Origin: Vicinamibacteria bacterium
GTDB lineage: Bacteria > Acidobacteriota > Vicinamibacteria > Fen-336
Assembly: GCA_041481445.1 (NCBI GenBank)
Contig: JBGPBV010000020.1
Coordinates: 288-64,287 of the forward strand
Reading direction: 5' to 3'
Length of the DNA: 64,000 nucleotides
This document shows positions 1-8,529 of this stretch, piece by piece. The notes beneath the pieces are model-generated. The model did no database searches, was not told the DNA's origin, and worked only from the letters and a program-made list of their open reading frames with translations. The position numbers and the translations under genes were made by a program. Position 1 is the first letter of the stretch. The number at the start of each line of letters is the position of its first letter.

Positions 1-2001
1 GAGGACGACGCCGTCGCGGTCGGGAACCGCACGAACCCGGTACGGCGCGATCGCGCGCGACACCGTGAACGACGTCTCCGTGCCGTCCGCCGTGCGGACG
101 CGGACGACGGCAGATTCGAGCGGCGACGGCAGGGGCGAGCCCATCCAGAGGGTCGCCTCGTAGGCAGGGGCCGCCGTCGTCGGGCGCACGCGCAGCCAGG
201 CCCGGTGGCGCGACCATCGGCCGTCCCGGCGCGGGTTCGAGAATCCGCGCGCCGCGCCGTAGTCGCCTCGCCCCAGCCGGACCTCGTCCGTCATCGGCGC
301 CGGCAGCTCGCGCCAGGCCGCCTCCAGCGCGAGCCACGGGTCCACGTTCCATGAGAACGCGTTCGCCGTTTCCACGGCCTGGGAGGCCTCCTCCGTCCTT
401 CCCGCCGCCGCCAGGAGGGCGGGGGCCACCACCGTCGGGACCCACACGTGCGGCTTGCGCTCGGCCGCGCGCTGGTACGCGGCGAGGGCGCCCGCGGGAT
501 CGCCCGCTCGGGCGAGCAGCCCCCCCAGACGGAGCCAGGGCCGCGAGGCCACGGGGTCCGCCCTCGCTGCCCGCTCCGCTTGTCGCACCACTTCGGCGCG
601 ATCCCCGGAGGACGCGGCGACGTCCATCGCATGCAGCGCCGGCCACGCACGCGCGGCGCGGAGCGCCGGGAGGACGTACGGTGCCACCACCAGCGCGACG
701 AGCACACCACCCACCGCGAGACCCGCGCGCAGGCGAAGCCGCCCGCCCTCGCCCCGGGCCAGCCGCGCGAGGCCCCCCGCCGCGCCCGCCAGGGCGAGCG
801 GCAGCAGCGTGCTGCGGTAGCGGATCTCGTTGTGGAAGACGACGACGACCATGAAGAGGTAATAGGCCGTCCAGGCCGCGATCAGCCCGCGCGCCGGCGA
901 ACGGGGAGAGGCGGCGAGGAAGACGGCGAAGAGGACGACGGCGGGCAGCACGATCGCGTCGTCGAGGACGATCAGCGCGGCCTGCCGCCAGAGCGGCATC
1001 GGCTCTTCGACCACCAACAGCAACTGCAGGCCGTCGGGACGGACGAGGTGCAGGAGGTTGCGCCAGGCCTTCTCCGCAAGCGCGCCCGGCTCCCGCGCGA
1101 TCCCGCGCAGGGCGAAGCGCAGCGCCATCGAGCGTTGCTCGGCCAGGGTCGGCTGCGCGCGGATCAGCGCCTCCTGGCGCGCGCGTCGTTCGCCTTCCAC
1201 GAGCGTGTTGTCGTCGTAGAGGTTGTAGATGCCGTTGGTCTCGACGGGGACGAAGTCGCCGGTCACGACCGCGTTGCGGATCGTCCAGGGCAGGACGGCC
1301 GCGGCCGCGCCGGCCGCGATCAGCACCGCGCGCGCGAGGGCAAGGCGGTCCCTCCCCTGCGACCAGCGCCAGGCCGCGGCCAGGGGAACGAACGCGGTCG
1401 CGACCGAACGCGCGAGCCCGGAGAGGCCGAGCACGAATCCGCCGGCCAGGGCCATCCATCGTCCGGCACGCCACGCACCGGCCTCCGAGACCGACCGTCG
1501 CTCCACCTCCTCCACGAGCAGGACGAGGCCGGCCAGGAGCAGCACGTTCGAGACGTTCTCCGTCAGCGTGGACGTGCACTGCTCGATCGCGTGGAAGTCG
1601 ATCGCGTAGACGACGCCGGCCCACAGGCCGAACCGCCCGGCCACGCGGCGGCCCAGATGCGCGGTCAGCACGGCCGCGAGCACGTCGAGCAGGATCTGCG
1701 CGACCTGGATCGCCAGCAGGTGCGGCCCGAAGACGGCCATGAGACCGGCCAGGAACAGGTAGTACAGCGGCGCGATCGTCCACGGACCGAGCCAGAGATG
1801 CCAGGCGTCGCTCGAGAGCACGAACGACCACGGGCGCGGATGCTCGAGGATGGCCAGCGCGCCGTGGAAGTAGTTGTACGGGTGCGAATACAGCAGCGGC
1901 TCGTCGGCGGCGAACAGGAACAGGGCGCGCGCCAGGAGCGCGGCCAGCGCCGTGGGCACCCACCAGGGCAGGCGGCGGGCGGCCCGCGCGGGCGTGGACA
2001 T
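1..2001 (-). CDS. GT-C (ArnT/PMT-like, GT39-like) membrane glycosyltransferase, 3' end outside window
   Basis: ATG at 2001 (MSTPARAARRLPWWVPTALAALLARALFLFAADEPLLYSHPYNY...). Many hydrophobic helices, a DE pair after the first TM, and APLYYLFLAG and TLTEN motifs. The frame runs off position 1, which would explain its absence from the ORF track. Confidence 0.75.
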   Translation of the reverse strand, partial: MSTPARAARRLPWWVPTALAALLARALFLFAADEPLLYSHPYNYFHGALAILEHPRPWSFVLSSDAWHLWLGPWTIAPLYYLFLAGLMAVFGPHLLAIQVAQILLDVLAAVLTAHLGRRVAGRFGLWAGVVYAIDFHAIEQCTSTLTENVSNVLLLAGLVLLVEEVERRSVSEAGAWRAGRWMALAGGFVLGLSGLARSVATAFVPLAAAWRWSQGRDRLALARAVLIAAGAAAAVLPWTIRNAVVTGDFVPVETNGIYNLYDDNTLVEGERRARQEALIRAQPTLAEQRSMALRFALRGIAREPGALAEKAWRNLLHLVRPDGLQLLLVVEEPMPLWRQAALIVLDDAIVLPAVVLFAVFLAASPRSPARGLIAAWTAYYLFMVVVVFHNEIRYRSTLLPLALAGAAGGLARLARGEGGRLRLRAGLAVGGVLVALVVAPYVLPALRAARAWPALHAMDVAASSGDRAEVVRQAERAARADPVASRPWLRLGGLLARAGDPAGALAAYQRAAERKPHVWVPTVVAPALLAAAGRTEEASQAVETANAFSWNVDPWLALEAAWRELPAPMTDEVRLGRGDYGAARGFSNPRRDGRWSRHRAWLRVRPTTAAPAYEATLWMGSPLPSPLESAVVRVRTADGTETSFTVSRAIAPYRVRAVPDRDGVVL

Positions 2002-2013
2002 CGGGGCGGGGAT

Positions 2014-2024
2014 GCTATCATAGC
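2014..2024. promoter_or_regulatory. Symmetric bidirectional -10 element (GCTATCATAGC)
   Basis: TG-C-TATCAT on + and TATGAT on -, within a 36-bp divergent gap. Confidence 0.5.
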
Positions 2025-2037
2025 GACGGCTTCGGAA

Positions 2038-2673
2038 ATGCTTTTGGCTCTTGGGCTAACGGGTGTGCTACTGAGCCTGGCCGCGGCCTCTCCCCCGCCC
2101 GCGGCCGCGCCGGCCGAGACCCTGGCCCGGCGCGTGGAAGCCCGGCATCGCCGGGTCTCCGACCTGACCGCCCACTTCGTCCAGACCTACCGCTCGGGCG
2201 CGCTCGGCCGCGAAGTGGTCGAGCGGGGCGTGCTCTCGCTCAAGCCGCCCAGCCGGATGCGGTGGGACTACCGCGACCCCGAGAAGAAGACGTTCGTGTC
2301 GGACGGCAAGACCTCGTACTTCTACGTGCCGGCCGACCGCCAGGTCATCCGGCGCGACCAGGCCGACGCCCGCGACCTTCCGGCCATGCTCCTGTCCGGC
2401 CACGCCGACATCGTCGGCACCTTCGAGGTCGCGCTCGAGACCGCGCCCCCCGGCCTCCAGCGGCTGCGGCTGACTCCGCGCAAGCCGGAGCCGGAGATCG
2501 AGCGGCTGTACGTCGACGTGGACGACGGCGACCGGATCCGGTCCATCCTCGTCATCGACGCCCAGGGGAACCGGAGCCAGTTCGCGTTCGACGCCATCCG
2601 CGAGAACGTCGGCCTCGACGATCGCCTGTTCCGCTTCGAGGTCCCGCGCGGGGTCGAGGTGATCTCCGGGTGA
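2038..2673 (+). CDS. lolA: Outer-membrane lipoprotein carrier protein LolA
   Basis: Signal peptide, then LTAHFVQTY, KPPSRMRWDYRDPEKKTFVSDGK, and C-terminal FRFEVPRGVEVI, all typical of LolA. Confidence 0.9.
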   Translation: MLLALGLTGVLLSLAAASPPPAAAPAETLARRVEARHRRVSDLTAHFVQTYRSGALGREVVERGVLSLKPPSRMRWDYRDPEKKTFVSDGKTSYFYVPADRQVIRRDQADARDLPAMLLSGHADIVGTFEVALETAPPGLQRLRLTPRKPEPEIERLYVDVDDGDRIRSILVIDAQGNRSQFAFDAIRENVGLDDRLFRFEVPRGVEVISG

Positions 2674-4493
2674 GGCGCGCCACCGGCCTCGTCGCCATGG
2701 CCGCGGCCGGGCTGGCCGCCCTCCTCGCCGGCTGCGCGACCTCCTCCGCCTTCCGCGCCGGCGAGGGCGCCGAGCGCCGCCAGGATTACGACAAGGCCGT
2801 GCTCGAGTACTCGAAGGCGCTCAAGGAGAGCCCGAACAACCTGGATTACCGCGTGAGCCTCGAGCGGGCGCGGCTGCGCGCCTCCCAGGAGCACACTACG
2901 GCGGGACGGCGCCTGGTCGCGCGCGGCCTGTACAAGGAAGCGCTCGACGAGCTCAAGCTCGCCTTCGACCTCAACCCGACCTCCTCCACGCTGCCGCGCG
3001 AGATCGAGGCCACGGAGGCGCAGCGGCGCGCGGGCACGGCCGCGCCCAGCGTCGAGGACCTGAAGGACCGTGCGCGTGAGCGGTCCCTGCCCGGCCTCGC
3101 CCTCGGCCCCGGGGCCCAGGAGCCCCTCGGGCTCTCCTTCCGCAACGCGAGCCTCCGCGAGACCTACCAGGCCCTGGGCAAGGCCGCCGGCGTCAACTTC
3201 GTGTTCGACCCCGAGTTCCGCGACCAGCCCATCACCATCGACCTGAAGGACGTCAAGTTCGAGCAGGCCATCGGCGCCATCGCCAGCGTGGGGCACACCT
3301 TCCACCGCGTGCTGGACAGCCACGTGCTCATGGTGGTGCCGGACACCCCCAACAAGCGGCGCGACTACGAGCAGCAGGTCGTGAAGACGTTCTTCCTCTC
3401 CAACGCCGACCTCAAGGAGACGATCGACCTGCTGCGCATCGTGCTCGGGGCGCGCCGGGTGGCCCCGCTGCCGGGCGCGAACGCCCTCACCATCAACGAC
3501 ACCCCGGACAAGGTGGCCGCCGCCGAGCGCATCATCGACGTCGTGGACAAGCAGCGGTCGGAGGTCATGGTCGAGGTGGAGATCCTCGAGGTGAACCGGA
3601 CCAAGCTCAAGGAGTACGGGATCGAGATCACCTCGCCGCCGGGGGGGAGCGGGATCGCGGGCGCCATCTTCCCCTCCGGGACGATCACGGAGACGGTGCG
3701 CGACTCGGCCGGCAATGGCCTCTTCGACCGCACGCGCCCGATGACCCTGAACGACAACCCGTACAGCGCCTCCAACCTGATCGTGACCGCCCTGCCCGGC
3801 GTGATCTACCGCCTGCTCCAGACCGACACCTCCTCGCGCATCCTGGCCCAGCCCCAGCTCCGCACCGTGGAGGGCCAGACCGCCCAGGCCCGCTTCGGCG
3901 ACATGGTCCCGGTGCCGGTCACGACGTTCTCGCCCATCGCCACCGGGGGCGTGGCCCAGCAACCGGTGACGTCCTTCGAGTACAAGAACGTGGGCGTCAA
4001 CATCGACATCACGCCGCGCGTGCACCACGACGGCGAGGTCACCCTCGTCCTCAAGCTCGAGATCTCGCAGGTGGGCCCGCTCTTCCAGAACCTCCCCACC
4101 TTCAACAGCCGCACGGTCACGAACCAGATACGGCTCAAGGACGGCGAGACCAACATCATCGCGGGCCTGATCAGCGACCGGGAGCAGCACAGCCTCACCG
4201 GCATCCCGGGCCTGGCCAGCCTCCCCTTCGTGGGCCGCCTGTTCGCGCGCAACCACGACGAGGGGTCCCAGACGGACATCGTGATGACCCTGACCCCGCA
4301 CATCGTCCGGCGGACGCAGTTCACGGAGGACGACCTGAAGTCGTTCCAGGTCGGCGGCGAGACCTCGCCCCTCATCTTCGAGGTGCCGCCGATCCCGCCC
4401 ATCCCCACGCCCCCGCCGCGCTCGTCCGAGCCCACGCGCATCGAGCCGATCCGGCCGCCGGTGCCGGTGCCGTCGCCGAGCCCGATCACCTGA
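2670..4493 (+). CDS. Lipoprotein secretin (GspD/PilQ family) with N-terminal TPR-like region, paralog 1
   Basis: GTGA overlap with the lolA stop; lipobox LAGC; TPR-like helices; STN-like SFRNASLRETYQALGKAAGVNFVFD; secretin core EYKNVGVNIDITPRVH, RLKDGETNIIAGLI, GIPGLASLPFVGRLF, MTLTPHIV; Pro-rich tail. Alternative start at ATG 2697. Confidence 0.88.
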   Translation: MRRATGLVAMAAAGLAALLAGCATSSAFRAGEGAERRQDYDKAVLEYSKALKESPNNLDYRVSLERARLRASQEHTTAGRRLVARGLYKEALDELKLAFDLNPTSSTLPREIEATEAQRRAGTAAPSVEDLKDRARERSLPGLALGPGAQEPLGLSFRNASLRETYQALGKAAGVNFVFDPEFRDQPITIDLKDVKFEQAIGAIASVGHTFHRVLDSHVLMVVPDTPNKRRDYEQQVVKTFFLSNADLKETIDLLRIVLGARRVAPLPGANALTINDTPDKVAAAERIIDVVDKQRSEVMVEVEILEVNRTKLKEYGIEITSPPGGSGIAGAIFPSGTITETVRDSAGNGLFDRTRPMTLNDNPYSASNLIVTALPGVIYRLLQTDTSSRILAQPQLRTVEGQTAQARFGDMVPVPVTTFSPIATGGVAQQPVTSFEYKNVGVNIDITPRVHHDGEVTLVLKLEISQVGPLFQNLPTFNSRTVTNQIRLKDGETNIIAGLISDREQHSLTGIPGLASLPFVGRLFARNHDEGSQTDIVMTLTPHIVRRTQFTEDDLKSFQVGGETSPLIFEVPPIPPIPTPPPRSSEPTRIEPIRPPVPVPSPSPIT

Positions 4494-4499
4494 GGCGAC

Positions 4500-4697
4500 A
4501 TGACCGCGGGCGGATCGACGGACAAGACCGTCGGCCTGATCGGCGGGATCGGGCCGGAGTCGACGATCGAGTACTACCGGCACCTGATCGAGCTGCCCCT
4601 GATCTTCCGGGAGGCGACCAGCGCCTTTCTGCCCCTCCTGGATACGACCGCCATCCACGTGGATAGAATCGTGGCCGAGATGCTGGGAGGCTCGTGA
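4500..4697 (+). pseudogene. Asp/Glu racemase family remnant with a large in-frame internal deletion
   Basis: N-terminus KTVGLIGGIGPESTIEYYRHLI joined directly to the C-terminal ELPLIF...LLDTTAIHVDRIV. Only 65 aa against about 230 aa for the family; no cysteines remain. Confidence 0.75.
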
Positions 4698-5155
4698 TGA
4701 AGGCCGGCGCCGGCCGTGCCATCCTCCTCGCCGGGCTCGTGGCGGGAGTGCTCGACATCCTCGCCGCCATCGCCCTCACCGTCGCGCTGGGCGGCCAGAC
4801 CGTGCGGATGCTCAAGGGCATCGCCGGCGGCTTGCTGGGCCGCGCCGCCGCGCAGAAGGGAGGCCTCCCGACGGCCGCCCTCGGACTCTTCCTCCACTTC
4901 GTGATCGCGACGGGGGCGGCGGCGGTGTTCTACGTGGCCAGCCGCAGGATGCCCGTCCTGCTCGCCCGCCCGGTGCTCGCGGGCATCCTGTACGGGGTGG
5001 TCGTCTACCTGGTCATGAACCTGGTCGTCCTGCCGCTCTCCGCCCTCGGGTGGCGACCGCTGGTCCTGAACACCACGACCGCCATCCTGGTCGTGATCCA
5101 CATGCTGTGCGTCGGGCTGCCCATCGCGCTCGTCGTGCGGCGCCATTCACGCTGA
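4697..5155 (+). CDS. Hypothetical membrane protein (about 4 TM, DUF1440-like)
   Basis: AGLVAGVLDI, LGLFLHFVIA, GILYGVVVYLVMNLVVLPLS, IHMLCVGLPIAL; GGAGG upstream. Confidence 0.75.
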   Translation: MKAGAGRAILLAGLVAGVLDILAAIALTVALGGQTVRMLKGIAGGLLGRAAAQKGGLPTAALGLFLHFVIATGAAAVFYVASRRMPVLLARPVLAGILYGVVVYLVMNLVVLPLSALGWRPLVLNTTTAILVVIHMLCVGLPIALVVRRHSR

Positions 5156-5164
5156 GGTGAGGCC

Positions 5165-5641
5165 ATGATCATCGGAGCACACTCGATCGTCTACAGCGCG
5201 AGCCCGGAGGCGGACCGCGCCTTCCTGCGCGACGTGCTGAAGCTGCCGCACGTCGACGTCGGAGAGGGCTGGCTGATCTTCGGGCTGCCGCCGGCGGAGG
5301 TCGCCGTCCATCCCGCGGAGGAGAACGACGTCCACGAGCTCTACTTGATGTGCGAGGACGTCGCCGCGTTCGTGACCGCCATGGGGAAGTCGGGCATCAC
5401 CTGCGAGCCGGTGCAGAACCAGGGCTGGGGACTGCTCACGCAGTTGCGGCTGCCCGGGGGCGGCAAGATCGGCGTGTACCAGCCGCGGCACGCCCGGCCC
5501 AGGACGGTGGCGCCGAGCGGCGGAGGTGCGAAGCGGGCCCGGCCGAAGCCGTCGCGGGCGAAGGCCAAGGGCCGGACGAAGGCGGCGGCGCGTTCCCGGG
5601 CGAAGAAGCCGGCGAAGGGACGGGCCGGCCGGAAGCGTTAG
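5165..5641 (+). CDS. VOC/glyoxalase-family protein with a Lys/Arg/Ala-rich C-terminal tail
   Basis: MIIGAHSIVYS...DRAFLRDVL, GWLIFGLPPAEVAVHP, ELYLMCEDV, QGWGLLTQLRLPGGGKIGVYQPRH. Confidence 0.85.
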   Translation: MIIGAHSIVYSASPEADRAFLRDVLKLPHVDVGEGWLIFGLPPAEVAVHPAEENDVHELYLMCEDVAAFVTAMGKSGITCEPVQNQGWGLLTQLRLPGGGKIGVYQPRHARPRTVAPSGGGAKRARPKPSRAKAKGRTKAAARSRAKKPAKGRAGRKR

Positions 5642-6948
5642 GCCTTCACCTCGGCCGGGACGCGGTCGATCTTCACCTTGCTGATGCGGTTCTTCTCGAC
5701 GTCCACCACGGTGAGCCGCCAGTCCCCGACCTGCACGACCTCGCCCCCGCGTGGGACCGCGCCCAGGCAGTCGAGCATGAAGCCGGCCACGGTGTCGAAG
5801 TCCTCCGACTCCGGGATGGGGATCTCGTAGTTCTGGCGGAGGTCGGCCGCGGAGACGGTGCCGTCCACGACCAGGGAGCCGTCGCGCATCTTCTCGACCG
5901 GCCGCTCCTCCCAGTCGTACTCATCCTGGATCTCCCCGACGATCTCCTCCAGGAGGTCCTCCAGGGTCACCAGGCCGACCAGCGAACCGTGCTCGTCGAT
6001 GACGAGCGCGAAGTGCGTGCGCCGCTTCTGCAGCTCCTTGAGCAGCTCGCCGACCTTCTTGGTCTGGGGCACGAAGTGGACGGGATGGAGGATCTTGCGC
6101 AGCACCACCGGCTGGTGCTTCTCGAGCAGGCGCAGCGCGTCCTTGATGTAGACGACGCCGACCATGTTGTCGGGGCTGCCGTCGAAGACGGGGATGCGGC
6201 TGAAGCCGCTCTCCACCATCAGCCGCCCCACCTCCTCCGGCGGGGTGTCCACGTCGAGGGCGAAGATCTTCGGCCGGGGCACCATCACCTTCTTGACCGC
6301 CGTCTCCGAGAACTCGAACACGCTGTGGATCAGCTCCTCCTCCGTCTGGTCGAGGACCCCCTGCTCGCGGCCCTCCTTGACCAGGTGCTTGATCTCCTCC
6401 TCGGAGACGAACGTCCGGTGGCCGAGGTCGCGGATCCGGAAGAGGTACAGGACGGCGCGGGTGGAGGCGGTCAGGAAGGCGATCACCACCCGCGAGAACC
6501 GGGCCAGCATGTCCAGCGGCCAGGCCACGATCACCGCGACCGTGTCCGTGAACCGGAGGGCCAGGGCCTTCGGCACCAGCTCGCCCAGGATCAGCTCGAC
6601 GTAGACGATGGCGATCCCGATGATGAACGTGGCCTCGATGGGGGCCGGGATCCAGTTCCCGAGCACGGACTGGTGGATGAACGGCTCCAGGTAACGGCTG
6701 GCCAGGTAGCCACCGATGACCCCGGCCAGGGTCCCGCACAGCGTGACCCCGATCTGGACCGTGGCCAGGAAGCGGTCCATGTTGTCCTGGAGGCGCTTGA
6801 CCCAGCGGGCGCCCCGGCTGCCCTCCGCGATGAGCTGCTCGACGCGGCTCCGCCGCATCGAAAGGACGGCGATCTCGCTCCCGGAGAAGAAGCCGTTCCC
6901 CAGCAGGCACAAGAAGATGGCGAGGATGAGGACGACCGGTGTCGTCAC
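5638..6948 (-). CDS. Hemolysin-family (CNNM-CBS-CorC/HlyC) Mg/Co transport-related protein
   Basis: NGFFSGSEIAVLS, FLATVQIGVT, GELVPKALAL, VMVPR, FSRIPV, DEHGSLVGLVTLEDLLEEIVGEIQDEYD. Confidence 0.92.
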   Translation of the reverse strand: MTTPVVLILAIFLCLLGNGFFSGSEIAVLSMRRSRVEQLIAEGSRGARWVKRLQDNMDRFLATVQIGVTLCGTLAGVIGGYLASRYLEPFIHQSVLGNWIPAPIEATFIIGIAIVYVELILGELVPKALALRFTDTVAVIVAWPLDMLARFSRVVIAFLTASTRAVLYLFRIRDLGHRTFVSEEEIKHLVKEGREQGVLDQTEEELIHSVFEFSETAVKKVMVPRPKIFALDVDTPPEEVGRLMVESGFSRIPVFDGSPDNMVGVVYIKDALRLLEKHQPVVLRKILHPVHFVPQTKKVGELLKELQKRRTHFALVIDEHGSLVGLVTLEDLLEEIVGEIQDEYDWEERPVEKMRDGSLVVDGTVSAADLRQNYEIPIPESEDFDTVAGFMLDCLGAVPRGGEVVQVGDWRLTVVDVEKNRISKVKIDRVPAEVKA

Positions 6949-7102
6949 GGCGTGAAGCTTGCCCTCATGGATAGCCGCTCATCTTATCAGATCAGGATGG
7001 CGGCGCCCTGTCCCATGACCCGAGCCACCTTGTCTCCCCCGGCGGTCTTTGATAGCGTGGCGTCCGGGACGCGCGACCGATCCGAGAGCAGGAGGGAAAG
7101 CC

Positions 7103-8521
7103 TTGTCCAACGGGGAATTCGACGTCACGGTGATCGGCAGCGGTCCCGGCGGCTACGTGGCGGCCATCCGCGCCGCCCAGATGGGGCTGCGCACCGCCTG
7201 CATCGAGCGCGATCCCGCCGGCCTCGGAGGGACCTGCCTCCTGCGCGGCTGCATCCCGACCAAGGCCCTCCTCCACACCGCCGACCTGTACGAGGAGTTC
7301 AAGCGGGCCAAGGAGTACGGGATCACGGCCGAGGGCGTGACCCTCGACTTCAACGCGGTGATGAGCCGCAAGACCCGGATCGTCAACCGCCTGAGCAAGG
7401 GCATCGAGAGCTATCTCTTCAAGAAGAACAAGATCACCCTCTTCAAGGGCCAGGCCCGCCTCGACGGCGCGGGACGGGTCGTCGTGAGGAACGAGAGCGG
7501 CGACACGCCGATCAAGACCAGGAACGTCATCCTGGCCACCGGCTCGCGGCCCCGCAGCCTGCCCGGCCTGGCCATCGACGGCCGCACGATCATCTCCTCC
7601 GACGAGATCCTGCAGATCCCGGCCGTCCCGCGGTCCCTGGTGGTGATCGGGGCGGGCGCGGTGGGGATGGAGTTCGCGTCGCTGTTCGCCCGGTTCGGCT
7701 CCGCGGTCACGGTGATCGAGCTGCTGCCGCGGATCCTGCCCCTGGAGGACGAGGAGATCTCGAACGAGGCGGGCAAGCTCCTCGGCAAGCAGATGACGAT
7801 CCACACCGGGGCCAAGACGGAGGGCGCGCTCAAGACCACGCAAGGGGTCGAGGTGGCCTTCCGGTCCGCGGACGGGCAGGCCAAGAGCGTGACCGCGGAC
7901 GTGCTGCTCGTGGCCGTCGGCCGCGGCCCGGTGACCGACGGGCTCGGGCTCGAGTCCACGAAGGTCCAGCTCGACCGCGGCTACATCAAGACGAACGAGC
8001 TGATGGCCACCGACGAGCCGGGCATCTACGCCATCGGCGACGTCGTGACCGTGAACGGCGGGCCCCACCCGCAGCTCGCGCACCTGGCCTCCGCGGAGGG
8101 GATCGGGGTGGCGGAGAGGCTGGCCGGCAAGGACGTGGAGGCCGTGAACTACGACCACGTGCCCGCCGCGACCTACTGCATGCCCGAGGTCGCCAGCGTG
8201 GGCCTGACCGAGGCGGAGGCGAAGAAGCGCGGCCGCGACGTCAAGGTCGGCCGCTTCAACTTCGGCAACCTCGCCAAGCCGCGCATCATCGGCCAGGACT
8301 TCGGCCTCGTGAAGATCGTGTCCGACGCGAAGTACGACGAGGTCCTGGGCATCCACATGGTCGGCCCGCACGTCACCGACCTCATCTCGGAAGCCTGCGT
8401 GGCCCTCCGGCTCGAGTCCACGACCGAGGAGCTCATGCGCACCATCCACCCGCACCCGACCCTGCCCGAGGCGCTCATGCAGGCGGCGGAGGCGGTCTAC
8501 GGCCACGCGATCGATGCCTAG
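7103..8521 (+). CDS. lpdA: Dihydrolipoyl dehydrogenase (E3)
   Basis: GSGPGGYVAAIRAAQ, redox GGTCLLRGCIPTK, GAGAVGMEF, HPHPTLPE. TTG start after GGAGGG. Confidence 0.95.
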   Translation: MSNGEFDVTVIGSGPGGYVAAIRAAQMGLRTACIERDPAGLGGTCLLRGCIPTKALLHTADLYEEFKRAKEYGITAEGVTLDFNAVMSRKTRIVNRLSKGIESYLFKKNKITLFKGQARLDGAGRVVVRNESGDTPIKTRNVILATGSRPRSLPGLAIDGRTIISSDEILQIPAVPRSLVVIGAGAVGMEFASLFARFGSAVTVIELLPRILPLEDEEISNEAGKLLGKQMTIHTGAKTEGALKTTQGVEVAFRSADGQAKSVTADVLLVAVGRGPVTDGLGLESTKVQLDRGYIKTNELMATDEPGIYAIGDVVTVNGGPHPQLAHLASAEGIGVAERLAGKDVEAVNYDHVPAATYCMPEVASVGLTEAEAKKRGRDVKVGRFNFGNLAKPRIIGQDFGLVKIVSDAKYDEVLGIHMVGPHVTDLISEACVALRLESTTEELMRTIHPHPTLPEALMQAAEAVYGHAIDA

Positions 8522-8529
8522 GAAAGAAA

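Noticed and set aside
5638-6948. Hemolysin as a toxin or cargo of the secretion system
   Set aside because: The CNNM-CBS-CorC architecture indicates a common metal-homeostasis membrane protein.
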